From the IMG/VR virus record IMGVR_UViG_3300046460_000154, positions 103 through 64,102 of that record: a stretch of 64,000 nt of DNA. The stretch is one strand, 5' to 3'. Origin of the DNA: a virus. Taxonomy: Duplodnaviria; Caudoviricetes. Each line of letters opens with the position of its first letter. The first letter of the stretch is position 1. Made by a program: the position numbers and the translations under genes. Under the pieces are notes generated by a model. The model saw nothing but the letters and a program-made list of their open reading frames with translations. It had not been told where the DNA came from and searched no databases. Shown here in pieces: positions 55,547-64,000 of the stretch.

Positions 55547-56037
55547 TGGGCAACCCTATTCCCTTCAACTGGGACGGCGAATCCTTCCATCCCGCGAACC
55601 AGCACTGGGCACGGAAGTGCGACGAGCGTTTCGTCGTCGGCCAAACCTACTCACTCGATGAAATCCACGCCCGGTCGTCGGCTACTCACGCTCACTACTT
55701 CGCGGTTCTCCACGACATTTGGCAGAGCTTGCCGGAAGAATATTCCGAGCAATTCCCGACCGACGAGCATCTTCGCAAATACGCACTTATCCGCACCGGC
55801 TTCCATACGATGCAACAGCACGTCTGCCAGTCCAAGGCGGAGGCGCAGCGCTTGGCGGCCGTCATCAAGCCATACGACACCTATCAGGTCGTCACGATCA
55901 AGGATGCTGTTGTCACCGTCCTCAACGCCGTCAGCCAGGATCATCGGTCGATGGATCGGGCGACCTTTGCCGACTCCAAGGAAAAGGTTCTCGACTGGTG
56001 TGCCGATCTTGTCGGGAATAATCGGAGGGCAGCATGA
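55546..56037 (+). CDS. recombination accessory protein (NinB/DUF1367-like)
   Basis: RSSATHAHYFAVL..SQ..MD..F..VLD. Confidence 0.65.
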   Translation: MGNPIPFNWDGESFHPANQHWARKCDERFVVGQTYSLDEIHARSSATHAHYFAVLHDIWQSLPEEYSEQFPTDEHLRKYALIRTGFHTMQQHVCQSKAEAQRLAAVIKPYDTYQVVTIKDAVVTVLNAVSQDHRSMDRATFADSKEKVLDWCADLVGNNRRAA

Positions 56038-56237
56038 CCCCTTCCAACTCCGTCTCGTCCTATCTGAAACGATATCCAGGGGCTCGTCCTGAAACATTAG
56101 CATGGCTCATGAAACGGGATGAGAAGCTTCACCAGCTCCGGAAGGAAATGGCTCCGAAGCCAAGAGCCGGGTTTGTCCTTCCCCGCGTGATTTATGCCGT
56201 TGCGGACGCGTTTCGATGGTGGAAGAGCGAGAGTTAA
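56034..56237 (+). CDS. hypothetical protein
   Basis: ATGA coupling. Confidence 0.55.
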   Translation: MTPSNSVSSYLKRYPGARPETLAWLMKRDEKLHQLRKEMAPKPRAGFVLPRVIYAVADAFRWWKSES

Positions 56238-56246
56238 CGCTTTGAA

Positions 56247-56268
56247 TTTACACGAAATATGGTAGAAT
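56247..56268 (+). promoter_or_regulatory. possible internal promoter
   Basis: AT-rich intergenic stretch with an extended -10 (TGgTAGAAT). Confidence 0.4.
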
Positions 56269-56382
56269 GCAACCATGAAATATGCTGCGTCTGGGAAGAT
56301 TGCTTCCAGAGGGATTTCTAGACCCCGAGGAGAATTAATGGGCAGAACATTAGCGCGGCGCCAGCCTATTAAGGACAGGAAA

Positions 56383-56655
56383 ATGACCGATATTCAGGAA
56401 GATGTTCGCAAGACGGCAGCCTCCATCCGGAGCAACATCGACATGCTTGTAAGACCCGACGGCATGTATGCCACCGGACTATCGGGCGAGGCCGATGAAA
56501 TAATTGGTTTTGCCATTCAATCCGAGCGCGAACGGTGGAAATCCGCTGTCGAGATGGTTCTAGATTGGTGGCACGAATGGCATGACGCGCCTTCTGAGCC
56601 AGAGGAGGCTGAGATGATCCGCATTCTCCAGGCGCTCGTGGATGGGGAGGCGTGA
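56383..56655 (+). CDS. hypothetical protein
   Basis: AGGA RBS. Confidence 0.6.
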   Translation: MTDIQEDVRKTAASIRSNIDMLVRPDGMYATGLSGEADEIIGFAIQSERERWKSAVEMVLDWWHEWHDAPSEPEEAEMIRILQALVDGEA

Positions 56656-57192
56656 ATGCAGTTCATCCCCGAGGTTCAAGAAACTGCACATTCGGTCTGG
56701 AAATTCTCGCGAGAAGGCGGGAGGTGCATTGTCACGGACGGAACGCTCCAGTTCGAGGCGAACACCATCGACGCGCTCAATCGCGAAGCCATGGCTAAAA
56801 TCAACGTCCTGAACAAACTCCGAGACGAGACCAGCCTCAACGGCCATATGCGGCACATCTTTGTTCAGGACAATCCGCTCTCCGGTCCCGTCGTCAAATA
56901 CTGCGTCTATCATCGTGAAGATGGTCCGAGGCCGCGCGATATGATGATGGGCGGATATTACGAAGAAGCGACCGACATGGCCGCGTCTTATCTTCTTGCC
57001 GAGCGCAAGCGGTGGCTTGATGCCTTGACCCCCAGCGCTGATACCAAGGGCGCTTACATCGGTGAGTTCTCGTTCTCCGAAGAAATATTCGACGGAGAGA
57101 CGGAGACATACATCACTGTCAACCGCACAGTTCCTTGGACGACAATCAAGGAAATCATGGCGGCCATTCGTGTCAAGGCAGGGGAGGCGTGA
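56656..57192 (+). CDS. hypothetical protein
   Basis: ALTPSADTKGAYIGEF..VPWTTIKEIM module. Confidence 0.65.
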   Translation: MQFIPEVQETAHSVWKFSREGGRCIVTDGTLQFEANTIDALNREAMAKINVLNKLRDETSLNGHMRHIFVQDNPLSGPVVKYCVYHREDGPRPRDMMMGGYYEEATDMAASYLLAERKRWLDALTPSADTKGAYIGEFSFSEEIFDGETETYITVNRTVPWTTIKEIMAAIRVKAGEA

Positions 57193-57387
57193 ATGTCAGA
57201 AGTTCTCGACATGCTGCGCGCGCAGAAACTGGAGATTGACCGCCCCTACACCGAAGGGGTCTGCGAAGACGGCGCGGCAATCCTCAAGGATGGCCGGATG
57301 ATGACCATTTCCGAAGTTCTGGACGAACTGAACGAATACGCATGGATCAGGCATTGCGCCGAGTTGGCAAAAAGGGGGGAGGCTTGA
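57193..57387 (+). CDS. hypothetical protein
   Basis: EGVCEDGAAILKDG motif. Confidence 0.65.
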   Translation: MSEVLDMLRAQKLEIDRPYTEGVCEDGAAILKDGRMMTISEVLDELNEYAWIRHCAELAKRGEA

Positions 57388-57587
57388 TGCCTATGCTGGC
57401 GCGCTACACCTCCAATCCTTGCGACGATGGCACAGAGAATTGGTACGTCTGGAACATTAACGATCTTGGCGAAATGGCTCGCTTTGTCGGCTCGATGGAA
57501 GACTGCGGTTTGGTCTCCGACGCTCTCAATAAAGTAGCCCGATATCAACAAGCCGTCCATCTCTCCCTCGATAAGAGGGAGGCGTAA
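57387..57587 (+). CDS. hypothetical protein
   Basis: TGATG coupling. Confidence 0.55.
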   Translation: MPMLARYTSNPCDDGTENWYVWNINDLGEMARFVGSMEDCGLVSDALNKVARYQQAVHLSLDKREA

Positions 57588-57588
57588 T

Positions 57589-58245
57589 ATGGCGCGCCGC
57601 GAGTTCTCCCCCATGGTCTACGCTGAAATCGTCCGTCGCGCTATGGACGAGAAACTACCGTGCCTCGTCGATGGGTGTGACGGGGATGCCAGAAGATCAG
57701 CGCGCGGGAGTCGCGGCTGGTGTGTCGCCCATTATACGCGCTGGCGACGCCACGGCGACCCCTTATTCACGCAAAACACACCGAAGGGAGAAGCTCGGAA
57801 TTATTATGAAACCGTTGTGCTGTCCTACGATGGGGATGATTGTCTCATCTGGCCGTATCTTCGTACTTCAAGTGGCTATGGGCTCCTTTACAACCCTAGT
57901 GGGTCTGATCGTGTGAGCCGAGCTTTGTGCGAGGAGATCAACGGGTCCCCTCCGACAGAAGAGGATCAGGCCGCCCATTCATGCGGGAATGGACATCTCG
58001 GATGTGTCACACGAAAGCATCTCTCGTGGAAAACCCCAAAGGATAATCAAGCCGATCGACTAGAGCATGGCACCAATCTGGCCGGGTCTAGTCACCCAAT
58101 GGCTAAACTTAATGACGACGATGTTCGCAAGATACGTTCGCTAGGAAATGTGTTCACACACAGAGCCTTAGGGAAAATGTTCGGGGTTTGCAGGGTAACT
58201 ATTGGAAACATACTGCTCGGTAAAAACTGGAGCAGTGTATCGTGA
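57589..58245 (+). CDS. HNH / His-Cys-type homing endonuclease with C-terminal HTH
   Basis: C..DGC..WCVAHYTRW; DCLIWP; AAHSCGNGHLGCV..HLSW..N; AKL..V..IR. Confidence 0.8.
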   Translation: MARREFSPMVYAEIVRRAMDEKLPCLVDGCDGDARRSARGSRGWCVAHYTRWRRHGDPLFTQNTPKGEARNYYETVVLSYDGDDCLIWPYLRTSSGYGLLYNPSGSDRVSRALCEEINGSPPTEEDQAAHSCGNGHLGCVTRKHLSWKTPKDNQADRLEHGTNLAGSSHPMAKLNDDDVRKIRSLGNVFTHRALGKMFGVCRVTIGNILLGKNWSSVS

Positions 58246-58667
58246 CAAGGCGCAATTTCACCCGAAACCAGAAAGAGCAGATCGTCGAGCGCGCGAAGGT
58301 GGAAGGTATTGTCCGCTGCGAACGCTGCCACGTCTCGCTCAAGAAAGGTTCGTGGGAAATTGATCATATTATTGCCGAGGCACTTCGCCCGGAAGCCGAC
58401 AAGCAGAACAAGATCACGATAGCCGAGGGCCAGTTGCTCGGCAAATGCTGTCACCGTGGCGAGGATGGCAAGACCAACCAGGACGTCAAGGCTATAGCGC
58501 AGGCCAAGCGCCGCTATGACCGAGACAACGGCATCGTGACCCGCGAAAAGCCGCCGATCCTTTCCAAGGGATTCGCGCCTCCGAGCAAACCCGCTAAATC
58601 CTCCCGTCACGACTGGGCGCCGAAGTTCCAGTCTCAGCTATTTGCACCGAAGGAAACCACATCATGA
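58242..58667 (+). CDS. HNH endonuclease
   Basis: RCERC..WEIDHII..CCH..KT. Confidence 0.8.
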   Translation: MTRRNFTRNQKEQIVERAKVEGIVRCERCHVSLKKGSWEIDHIIAEALRPEADKQNKITIAEGQLLGKCCHRGEDGKTNQDVKAIAQAKRRYDRDNGIVTREKPPILSKGFAPPSKPAKSSRHDWAPKFQSQLFAPKETTS

Positions 58668-58861
58668 AACTCATGGACGACCAACTTGAGTTGATGGCCA
58701 CAGCAGACGAGATTGCCGAAAAGCACGCTGGCGGCTTCTTCGCCACGACGCGTCTCATCAACAAGATTAAGTTGCGCACAGCTGTCTTCAACGCCTTGTG
58801 CTTGGCAGCAGGCGTCCCGCATCCGCGCGCACAACTCTTTGAGAAGGAACGCCAGACGTGA
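58664..58861 (+). CDS. hypothetical protein
   Basis: ATGA coupling. Confidence 0.55.
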   Translation: MKLMDDQLELMATADEIAEKHAGGFFATTRLINKIKLRTAVFNALCLAAGVPHPRAQLFEKERQT

Positions 58862-59169
58862 GCGAAGACTTTTCCCCCGACGCATCCGAGTTCCGCTGCC
58901 TTGTCCCATTCCCCGACGAAAGCCAGAGTTTTGTCCATGGTTTTGAAGCCGGGATGATCTGGCGGCGAATGAACGCTGGAGAGGCCGTCATCGGCGGCCT
59001 GGATGAAATCGCGCTGCATGTCGAGAACGAAGAAGTCTTCCGTCGCATGGGGGCCGCTCATGGCTACACCGTCGATGTTCTCCCACCACGCGACGGCTGG
59101 ATCACCGTCATGTTTACCAAGAACCCAAAGCGGTTCGGCGTAGTGGAAGGTGGGCGCCATGACCGCTGA
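58858..59169 (+). CDS. hypothetical protein
   Basis: SFVHGFEAGMIW motif. Confidence 0.65.
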   Translation: MSEDFSPDASEFRCLVPFPDESQSFVHGFEAGMIWRRMNAGEAVIGGLDEIALHVENEEVFRRMGAAHGYTVDVLPPRDGWITVMFTKNPKRFGVVEGGRHDR

Positions 59170-59614
59170 CTCCACAATGCAGACGGAGCCGGGCGATATC
59201 GTGGATCGCCTGCCATCGATCGTCACATGCGGTTGCGATTCTGACGAGAGCGCTCGCCTCGGCCGTGAAGCCGCCGACACCATCACCAATTTGCGCACCG
59301 AACACGCCACCGCCATGTCTGAAATAGCCGTGCTGCTGGTGGAGAATGAACGGCTGAGGGAGAAGTCTTCATCCGAAATGCTCAGCGCCGCTGCCGTCCA
59401 AGCCATCCGCGAGATGCTCGCCGGTTTTGGTGTTCCGAAGGCTGCCTTCATCGACGACCACGTAATGAACGGCTTGGCGTGGGCGAGAATGCAAGGGCTT
59501 GAGGAAGCGGCTGTCATTATCGAACAAATCGATGGGGCCATTCCAAACCGGCAGGAGCTCGCCGCCAGCGTCCGTTCTCTCGCCAATACTGGCAAGGAGG
59601 ACCGGGGATGCTAG
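59159..59614 (+). CDS. hypothetical protein
   Basis: DIVDRL..EAADTI..GLEEAA phage modules. Confidence 0.6.
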   Translation: MTADSTMQTEPGDIVDRLPSIVTCGCDSDESARLGREAADTITNLRTEHATAMSEIAVLLVENERLREKSSSEMLSAAAVQAIREMLAGFGVPKAAFIDDHVMNGLAWARMQGLEEAAVIIEQIDGAIPNRQELAASVRSLANTGKEDRGC

Positions 59615-59832
59615 GGCAACCGAATTTCCAGATTGGCGATGTCGTTGAAAAGGTCGCCGGCTATAGGTGGCCGGGAGTTGTTGTGTCCACATTCGATACT
59701 ATTGACGGGAAGCCGCGCGTGGTCGTCGAATGCACGGCCCCCGAGGTTTCCGGCGCTCTCCATATCTATGCTCCTGCGCAACTCATGATGACCGGCCGCC
59801 AAGCCCTTGCGGAAGAAGAAGGGAAACGCTGA
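59608..59832 (+). CDS. DfrB/R67-DHFR-like SH3-fold protein
   Basis: FQIGDVVEKVAGYRWPG..VVE..GALHIY aligns by eye with R67 FGMGDRVRKKSGAAWQG..AVE..GSVQIY. Confidence 0.6.
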   Translation: MLGQPNFQIGDVVEKVAGYRWPGVVVSTFDTIDGKPRVVVECTAPEVSGALHIYAPAQLMMTGRQALAEEEGKR

Positions 59833-59833
59833 G

Positions 59834-60001
59834 ATGTTGGCGCGTTGGACCGCGATCTTACCTCACCTCTTTGTCGTCTGGCTAACCAAGCGATATGCCG
59901 AGCGCATCGAAGCAGTGCTAGGCTATCTCTCAGCGAATCCCTACCCCGGAGAGATATTGTCATGGAAGCACGACCGGCGGGACATGGGAGGGGAGACATG
60001 A
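59834..60001 (+). CDS. hypothetical protein
   Basis: contiguous ORF. Confidence 0.45.
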   Translation: MLARWTAILPHLFVVWLTKRYAERIEAVLGYLSANPYPGEILSWKHDRRDMGGET

Positions 60002-60225
60002 TGCAAGATCGCGTCGATTTTGAAAACGGCACACTCGACGAGATCGTGTCCTCCAAAGGAGCCCATCTCGAAAGCATGGGAGGCAACGACTGGTTTCTCG
60101 CCTTCTACCATGAGGACGGGACTAGCACAGCCCTTTGGTTTTCATCGAAGGACTTGCGCAAGCCGCATTGGGAGACCCGACCGGCCCACAACCCCATGGA
60201 CACCCCCAACGGTGAAGGCCGATGA
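59998..60225 (+). CDS. hypothetical protein
   Basis: LDEIV..AHLESM..WF motif; GGAG RBS. Confidence 0.6.
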   Translation: MMQDRVDFENGTLDEIVSSKGAHLESMGGNDWFLAFYHEDGTSTALWFSSKDLRKPHWETRPAHNPMDTPNGEGR

Positions 60226-60605
60226 AACCCGTCTGCGCCACAAAAATTGCCGAGAGATTCGGATTTACGTCTCGCCACTGGATTCGGCAGGCCGCCAATG
60301 GCAATATCCCCGGCGCCTATCAGCCGTCAGGTCCGGGAGGCCAATGGCTGTTCGATCTTCCGACTTTCGAGAAGTGGTTCAATTCCAGGGTGAGGGGCGT
60401 TCCGACATGGCAACACTCTACAAAAGGGGCAACGTCTGGTGGGGTCGCGTCCAAAAGAAAGGTGTTGAGCACCGGACTTCCTTTAAGACAAGAACTAAAG
60501 CAGTTGCTGAAAAACGTCTCCGGACGTGGCTCGACGAACTCGAAGCCCAACAATGGGGCGGAAAACGTCGTCATGCTTTCCGAGACGTCTCCAAGGCGTT
60601 CGTGA
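60222..60605 (+). CDS. xis: excisionase-like HTH protein
   Basis: IAERFGFT..AANGNIPGA..QWLF..FEKW; overlaps the integrase start. Confidence 0.7.
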   Translation: MKPVCATKIAERFGFTSRHWIRQAANGNIPGAYQPSGPGGQWLFDLPTFEKWFNSRVRGVPTWQHSTKGATSGGVASKRKVLSTGLPLRQELKQLLKNVSGRGSTNSKPNNGAENVVMLSETSPRRS

Positions 60606-61501
60606 CGGAATATCTGCCAACGCTCAAGATCGCGTCGGCAACACGGTATGGGGTGAGCCTAGATTGGCTATCTCAGAAGTTCGAAGACGCCTTCATGGAC
60701 GAGATCGGACGGGAAGAGCTTTCCGACTTCGAAACGTGGCGCCGTGGACTTGGCGCGGCCAATCCTACAATCCGCCGCGACCTTGCCTGCCTCTCATCCG
60801 TCTTCACGTTCTGCGAAGATAAGGAGTGGTCCGACGACGGGCGCAACCCTGTCCCGGCCTATCTGCGCCGCAGGGCCAAGCGCGGGCTCAAGGAAGCCGA
60901 TGCGCGCAAGCGTTACCTGTCTGAGCACGAAGAGGTGATGCTGCTCGCTGCCGCCACGCCAGAGGTCTACATCGCCATTTGCGTGGCGATCGACACCGGG
61001 CTTCGCTCGGAGGAAATGTTCTCTCTGACTTGGCCCCAGATCAACTTTATGAAAGGCACGATCCGCACCACCGACGACACCAAGAACGGCAAGTCGCGGA
61101 CGGTTCCCCTTCCGGAGCGGTCGGCACGATTTCTGGCACAGAAAAAGCTCAAGGCCGACCAGGCGAACAAGTCGCGGAAGGTCGCGTCAACCTTCGTCTT
61201 CACGCATGATGACGGGGCGAGGATTCTGCGCCAGAACAAGGGGCTTACCGGCGCAGTACGTCGCGCCAAGATACCGCACGTTCGCTGGCACGACCTGAGA
61301 AGGACCGCCGGCTGCCGATGGCTCCAGCGGGATAGGCGTTCTTTGGAAGAGGTTGCCAAGATGCTTGGTCACGGAGCAAAGTCGGTGACGGAAAAGGCAT
61401 ATGCATTCTTGGACGAGGAAGAGGTCGCGGAATCTATCGCCGCACAAAAACCGTCACGCTCTAAGCAAGGGAAAGCCAGTGGTAAAAACGATCCAACTTA
61501 G
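60407..61501 (+). CDS. int: prophage tyrosine integrase
   Basis: TGLRSEE; TKNG; WHDLRRT; LGH..T..Y. Confidence 0.93.
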   Translation: MATLYKRGNVWWGRVQKKGVEHRTSFKTRTKAVAEKRLRTWLDELEAQQWGGKRRHAFRDVSKAFVTEYLPTLKIASATRYGVSLDWLSQKFEDAFMDEIGREELSDFETWRRGLGAANPTIRRDLACLSSVFTFCEDKEWSDDGRNPVPAYLRRRAKRGLKEADARKRYLSEHEEVMLLAAATPEVYIAICVAIDTGLRSEEMFSLTWPQINFMKGTIRTTDDTKNGKSRTVPLPERSARFLAQKKLKADQANKSRKVASTFVFTHDDGARILRQNKGLTGAVRRAKIPHVRWHDLRRTAGCRWLQRDRRSLEEVAKMLGHGAKSVTEKAYAFLDEEEVAESIAAQKPSRSKQGKASGKNDPT

Positions 61502-61994
61502 CCGAGGAATGCAGGCATTCTGCGATGATGCGGACTTCGAAAGCATCGCGCCGTTTCGCTATTACGCTTATATTTCAAATGGTGGCAAAGTCTATGCGGC
61601 AAGGAAGGTGCGCACAGGAAGGAAACATGGGCGGGTGACGTACACAGTCAGATATCTGCATCATGACATAGCGGGCTTTGTGGATGGCTTTGTTGTTGAT
61701 CACGAGGACGGGGATTCCTTGAACAATCGAAGGGCTAATCTACGTGTCTGCACACAGTCTGTTAATATCCGCAACAGCCCGAACGGAAGAAAGCCAGGGG
61801 TGTTCAAATGTGCTTCGACTGGAAGGTTTGCCGCAAGAGCATCAGTGGACGGGCGGCGGTATTTTCTGGGGAGATTTGACACTTTTGAGGAAGCGGCAGA
61901 AGCCGTCAGTAAATTCCGTGTCGCACATTTACCGGCACATAAGCCCACGGACAAGACGAAAAAGACTAGTAAAAACAACAGTAAAAGTGTATAG
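61479..61994 (+). CDS. HNH-AP2 homing endonuclease between int and attR
   Basis: YLHHDI..VDHEDGDSLNNRRANLR; GV..RFAAR..FLGRFDTFEEAA. Confidence 0.85.
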   Translation: MVKTIQLSRGMQAFCDDADFESIAPFRYYAYISNGGKVYAARKVRTGRKHGRVTYTVRYLHHDIAGFVDGFVVDHEDGDSLNNRRANLRVCTQSVNIRNSPNGRKPGVFKCASTGRFAARASVDGRRYFLGRFDTFEEAAEAVSKFRVAHLPAHKPTDKTKKTSKNNSKSV

Positions 61995-62000
61995 ATAACT

Positions 62001-62048
62001 GGACTCTGACTCCGTTAGTCCTGGTTCGAATCCAGGTTCCCCAGCCAA
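62001..62048 (+). repeat. attR core (3' fragment of tRNA-Gln)
   Basis: identical to 244..291. Confidence 0.97.
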
Positions 62049-62135
62049 AAACATTGTTTTCTTTCAATAATTTACGGAAGTCTCGCCAGTGTTGGGAATG
62101 ACCCCACATTGCACCCCCACATGGGCGCAAAAGAG

Positions 62136-63887
62136 ATGTCCGACTACCTTAGGCGTGAGGCCGATTCCTTTGTTTTCCGGCGGCGAGTTCCGTCCCCCTT
62201 GCAAGCGCGATTTGGCCGGAAGGAAATATACCGGTCTTTAGGAACCACTGTGCGAAGAATCGCGAGATTGCGAGCGGCAGAATTGTTCATGCGCACAGAG
62301 GAGCTTTTTCAGGCGATGGAAGAAGATCAAGAATATGTCCTGACGGACGAGGATATCCGCGCCGCAGTTCGCTACAGTCTTCAGACACCTCGATGGAAAA
62401 CGCGACTGCATGAAAATGTCGATAAGCGTACTCCTGGTGAGTAGAGAGCATACGGCAAGACACTGCCTGAGTCGTTGATGGTTTCCATCGTGCCTGAGAA
62501 TGGCTTGACCGAACGCGACATAATGATCATGGCGGCCTCAGACGCGCTTGAAGATTCTGACTTCTATGGTCGCGGCACCGTCCTTAACAGGACACGCGAC
62601 ATCATGCTCGAAATGCTAGGAGATTACGTTGACCGGCGCATGCAAGCTGTTTTTCAGCCTGAAGCCTTGGACTTGAAAATGTCCGCCGGAATTGCACCAA
62701 CTGCTGCGCAAGGTCCCATACCAGTCGGCGCTAAACTCTCGACCTTCATTTCGAGGTGGCAGACCGACATCATCCAAGGTTACAATCAAGCCCTGGGTCT
62801 CAAACCGGAAACGACTGACCAATATCTGAAAACAGTTGAGCTTTTTGTCGGCCTCATGGGCGATTTGCCTATCGGAAAGATAACGAAAGACATCGCGGAA
62901 GACTTTCGGAAGCAAATTTTGGCGTTGCCAGCGACACACGGCAAAGGACGAACCGGTTCTATCCAGAAGGAACTCGCGCTTGCCAAAAAGAAGACGGGCG
63001 TCCCTACAGTAACAATGAAGACCGCCAAACGACACTTTGCGGGAATGAATTCGATCTGGAAATGGTTGGTTCATCGCAAACACACATCGGACATGGTCAA
63101 TCCTTTCTCTGGACACTCATTTCCAGGAGCAAATTCAGGCCGGTCTGCCCGGGACGATTGGTCCACTGAAGACCTGCAGCTCCTCTTTTCTTCAACGCCT
63201 TATCGGGAGGCAGCCAAAGATAGCGCTCTACGCTGGTTGCCGTTGATTTCCTTGCATTCGGGTTTGAGGCTAGAGGAAATCTGTCGGCTTCGTCCTGATG
63301 AGGATATCATCGTCAGAAATGGTGTTGATTGCTTCGATATACGGGCCCGTGCCGGATGGGACCCGAAGACTGAAGCCGGAAACCGGTTGGTGCCAATTCA
63401 TTCCTGGCTTCTTCAGCACGGTATTAGGGAACTCGTGAACCGGCGACGCGCCGAAAACGCCGATTATCTGTTCCCCGAATTTGAACTCGTAAGAGGCAAA
63501 TTAAGCTCCGGTTTCAGCCGCGAGTTCTCACGTCTTAAAACATCGTTGCAAATTGGGCGTAAAACAGCATTCCATAGTTTCCGTCATTCCTTTCGAACCG
63601 TCCTGGAGTCGACGGAGCTAAAAGAAACGCACATTGATGCGGTTATGGGACATGAAGGCGGCAAAAGCGAAGGTCGGACTTATACAAAACGTGTCACGAC
63701 GGCCAAGCTAAAGGAAGTCGTTGAGAGCTTTTCGTCGCCTCTTGATCTATCTTTCATCGGCGGCGGAACAGTTGGCACCATCCTGCCTGTCAAGAAGAAG
63801 CCCCTTGTTCAGAAGCGAAAGCTTATCCCTCCCTCATTCGACGAGAATGGTAAACTCATCCGACAGACGGAGACACGTAAGCGTTAA
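62136..63887 (+). pseudogene. DUF6538-domain tyrosine integrase of a second island, split by an in-frame TAG
   Basis: FRRRVP..IYRSLGT N-term; SGLRLEE, KT, FHSFRH, MGH..Y; ORFs 62109..62444 and 62475..63887 share a frame with a single TAG at 62442. Confidence 0.8.
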
Positions 63888-64000
63888 GCTCCGATGCGGT
63901 GAAAAGCCCGAATTCCGTCACGCTGGATTTCCCTGCGCAATTCTGCTGCTGCTCCAGGCAATCGGCTCCTGCGCACCAGCTGCCTTTCTGTGCTTCCGCG

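Larger units (their letters stand above)
244..62048. mobile_element. complete temperate prophage, podovirus-type morphogenesis
   Basis: att duplication; integrase/excisionase; cI/cro; replication, packaging, capsid, ejection, spike and lysis modules; no tape-measure or tail-tube gene seen. Confidence 0.95.

Noticed and set aside
115-56267. 15-bp identity CGAAATATGGTAGAA between the host tRNA promoter (115-129) and a phage intergenic site (56253-56267)
   Set aside because: One 15-mer match is about what chance gives in 64 kb, and both are -10-like sequences

Overview
The window is almost entirely one complete temperate prophage (~61.8 kb, 244..62048) integrated in the 3' half of a host tRNA-Gln(CTG), with a perfect 48-bp attL/attR duplication. 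Gene content and GC-rich coding suggest an alphaproteobacterial, probably Rhizobiaceae-like, host (inference). The virion appears podovirus-type: TerS/TerL, portal, scaffold, capsid, adaptor/nozzle and ejection proteins, no tape measure, at least four fibres or spikes, and RcGTA-like head-spike genes. It also has a lysis cassette, a NusG-type late antiterminator, a DUF1376 replication module, a cI/cro switch, ERF/exonuclease recombination genes, several HNH endonucleases and a tyrosine integrase. A 3.6-kb IS1595-family (ISNha5-like) element with passenger genes sits in the left arm. A second, amber-interrupted integrase follows attR. The most unusual signals are: (1) an ORF-less, structured ~420-nt RNA with a convergent ~70-nt antisense RNA beside the early promoter; (2) a Maf/MptE-like transferase fused to a methyltransferase inside the capsid operon; (3) a long structured late leader holding degenerate tRNAs; (4) a DfrB/R67-like small gene. 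All protein calls come from motif recognition by eye; no database search was run.
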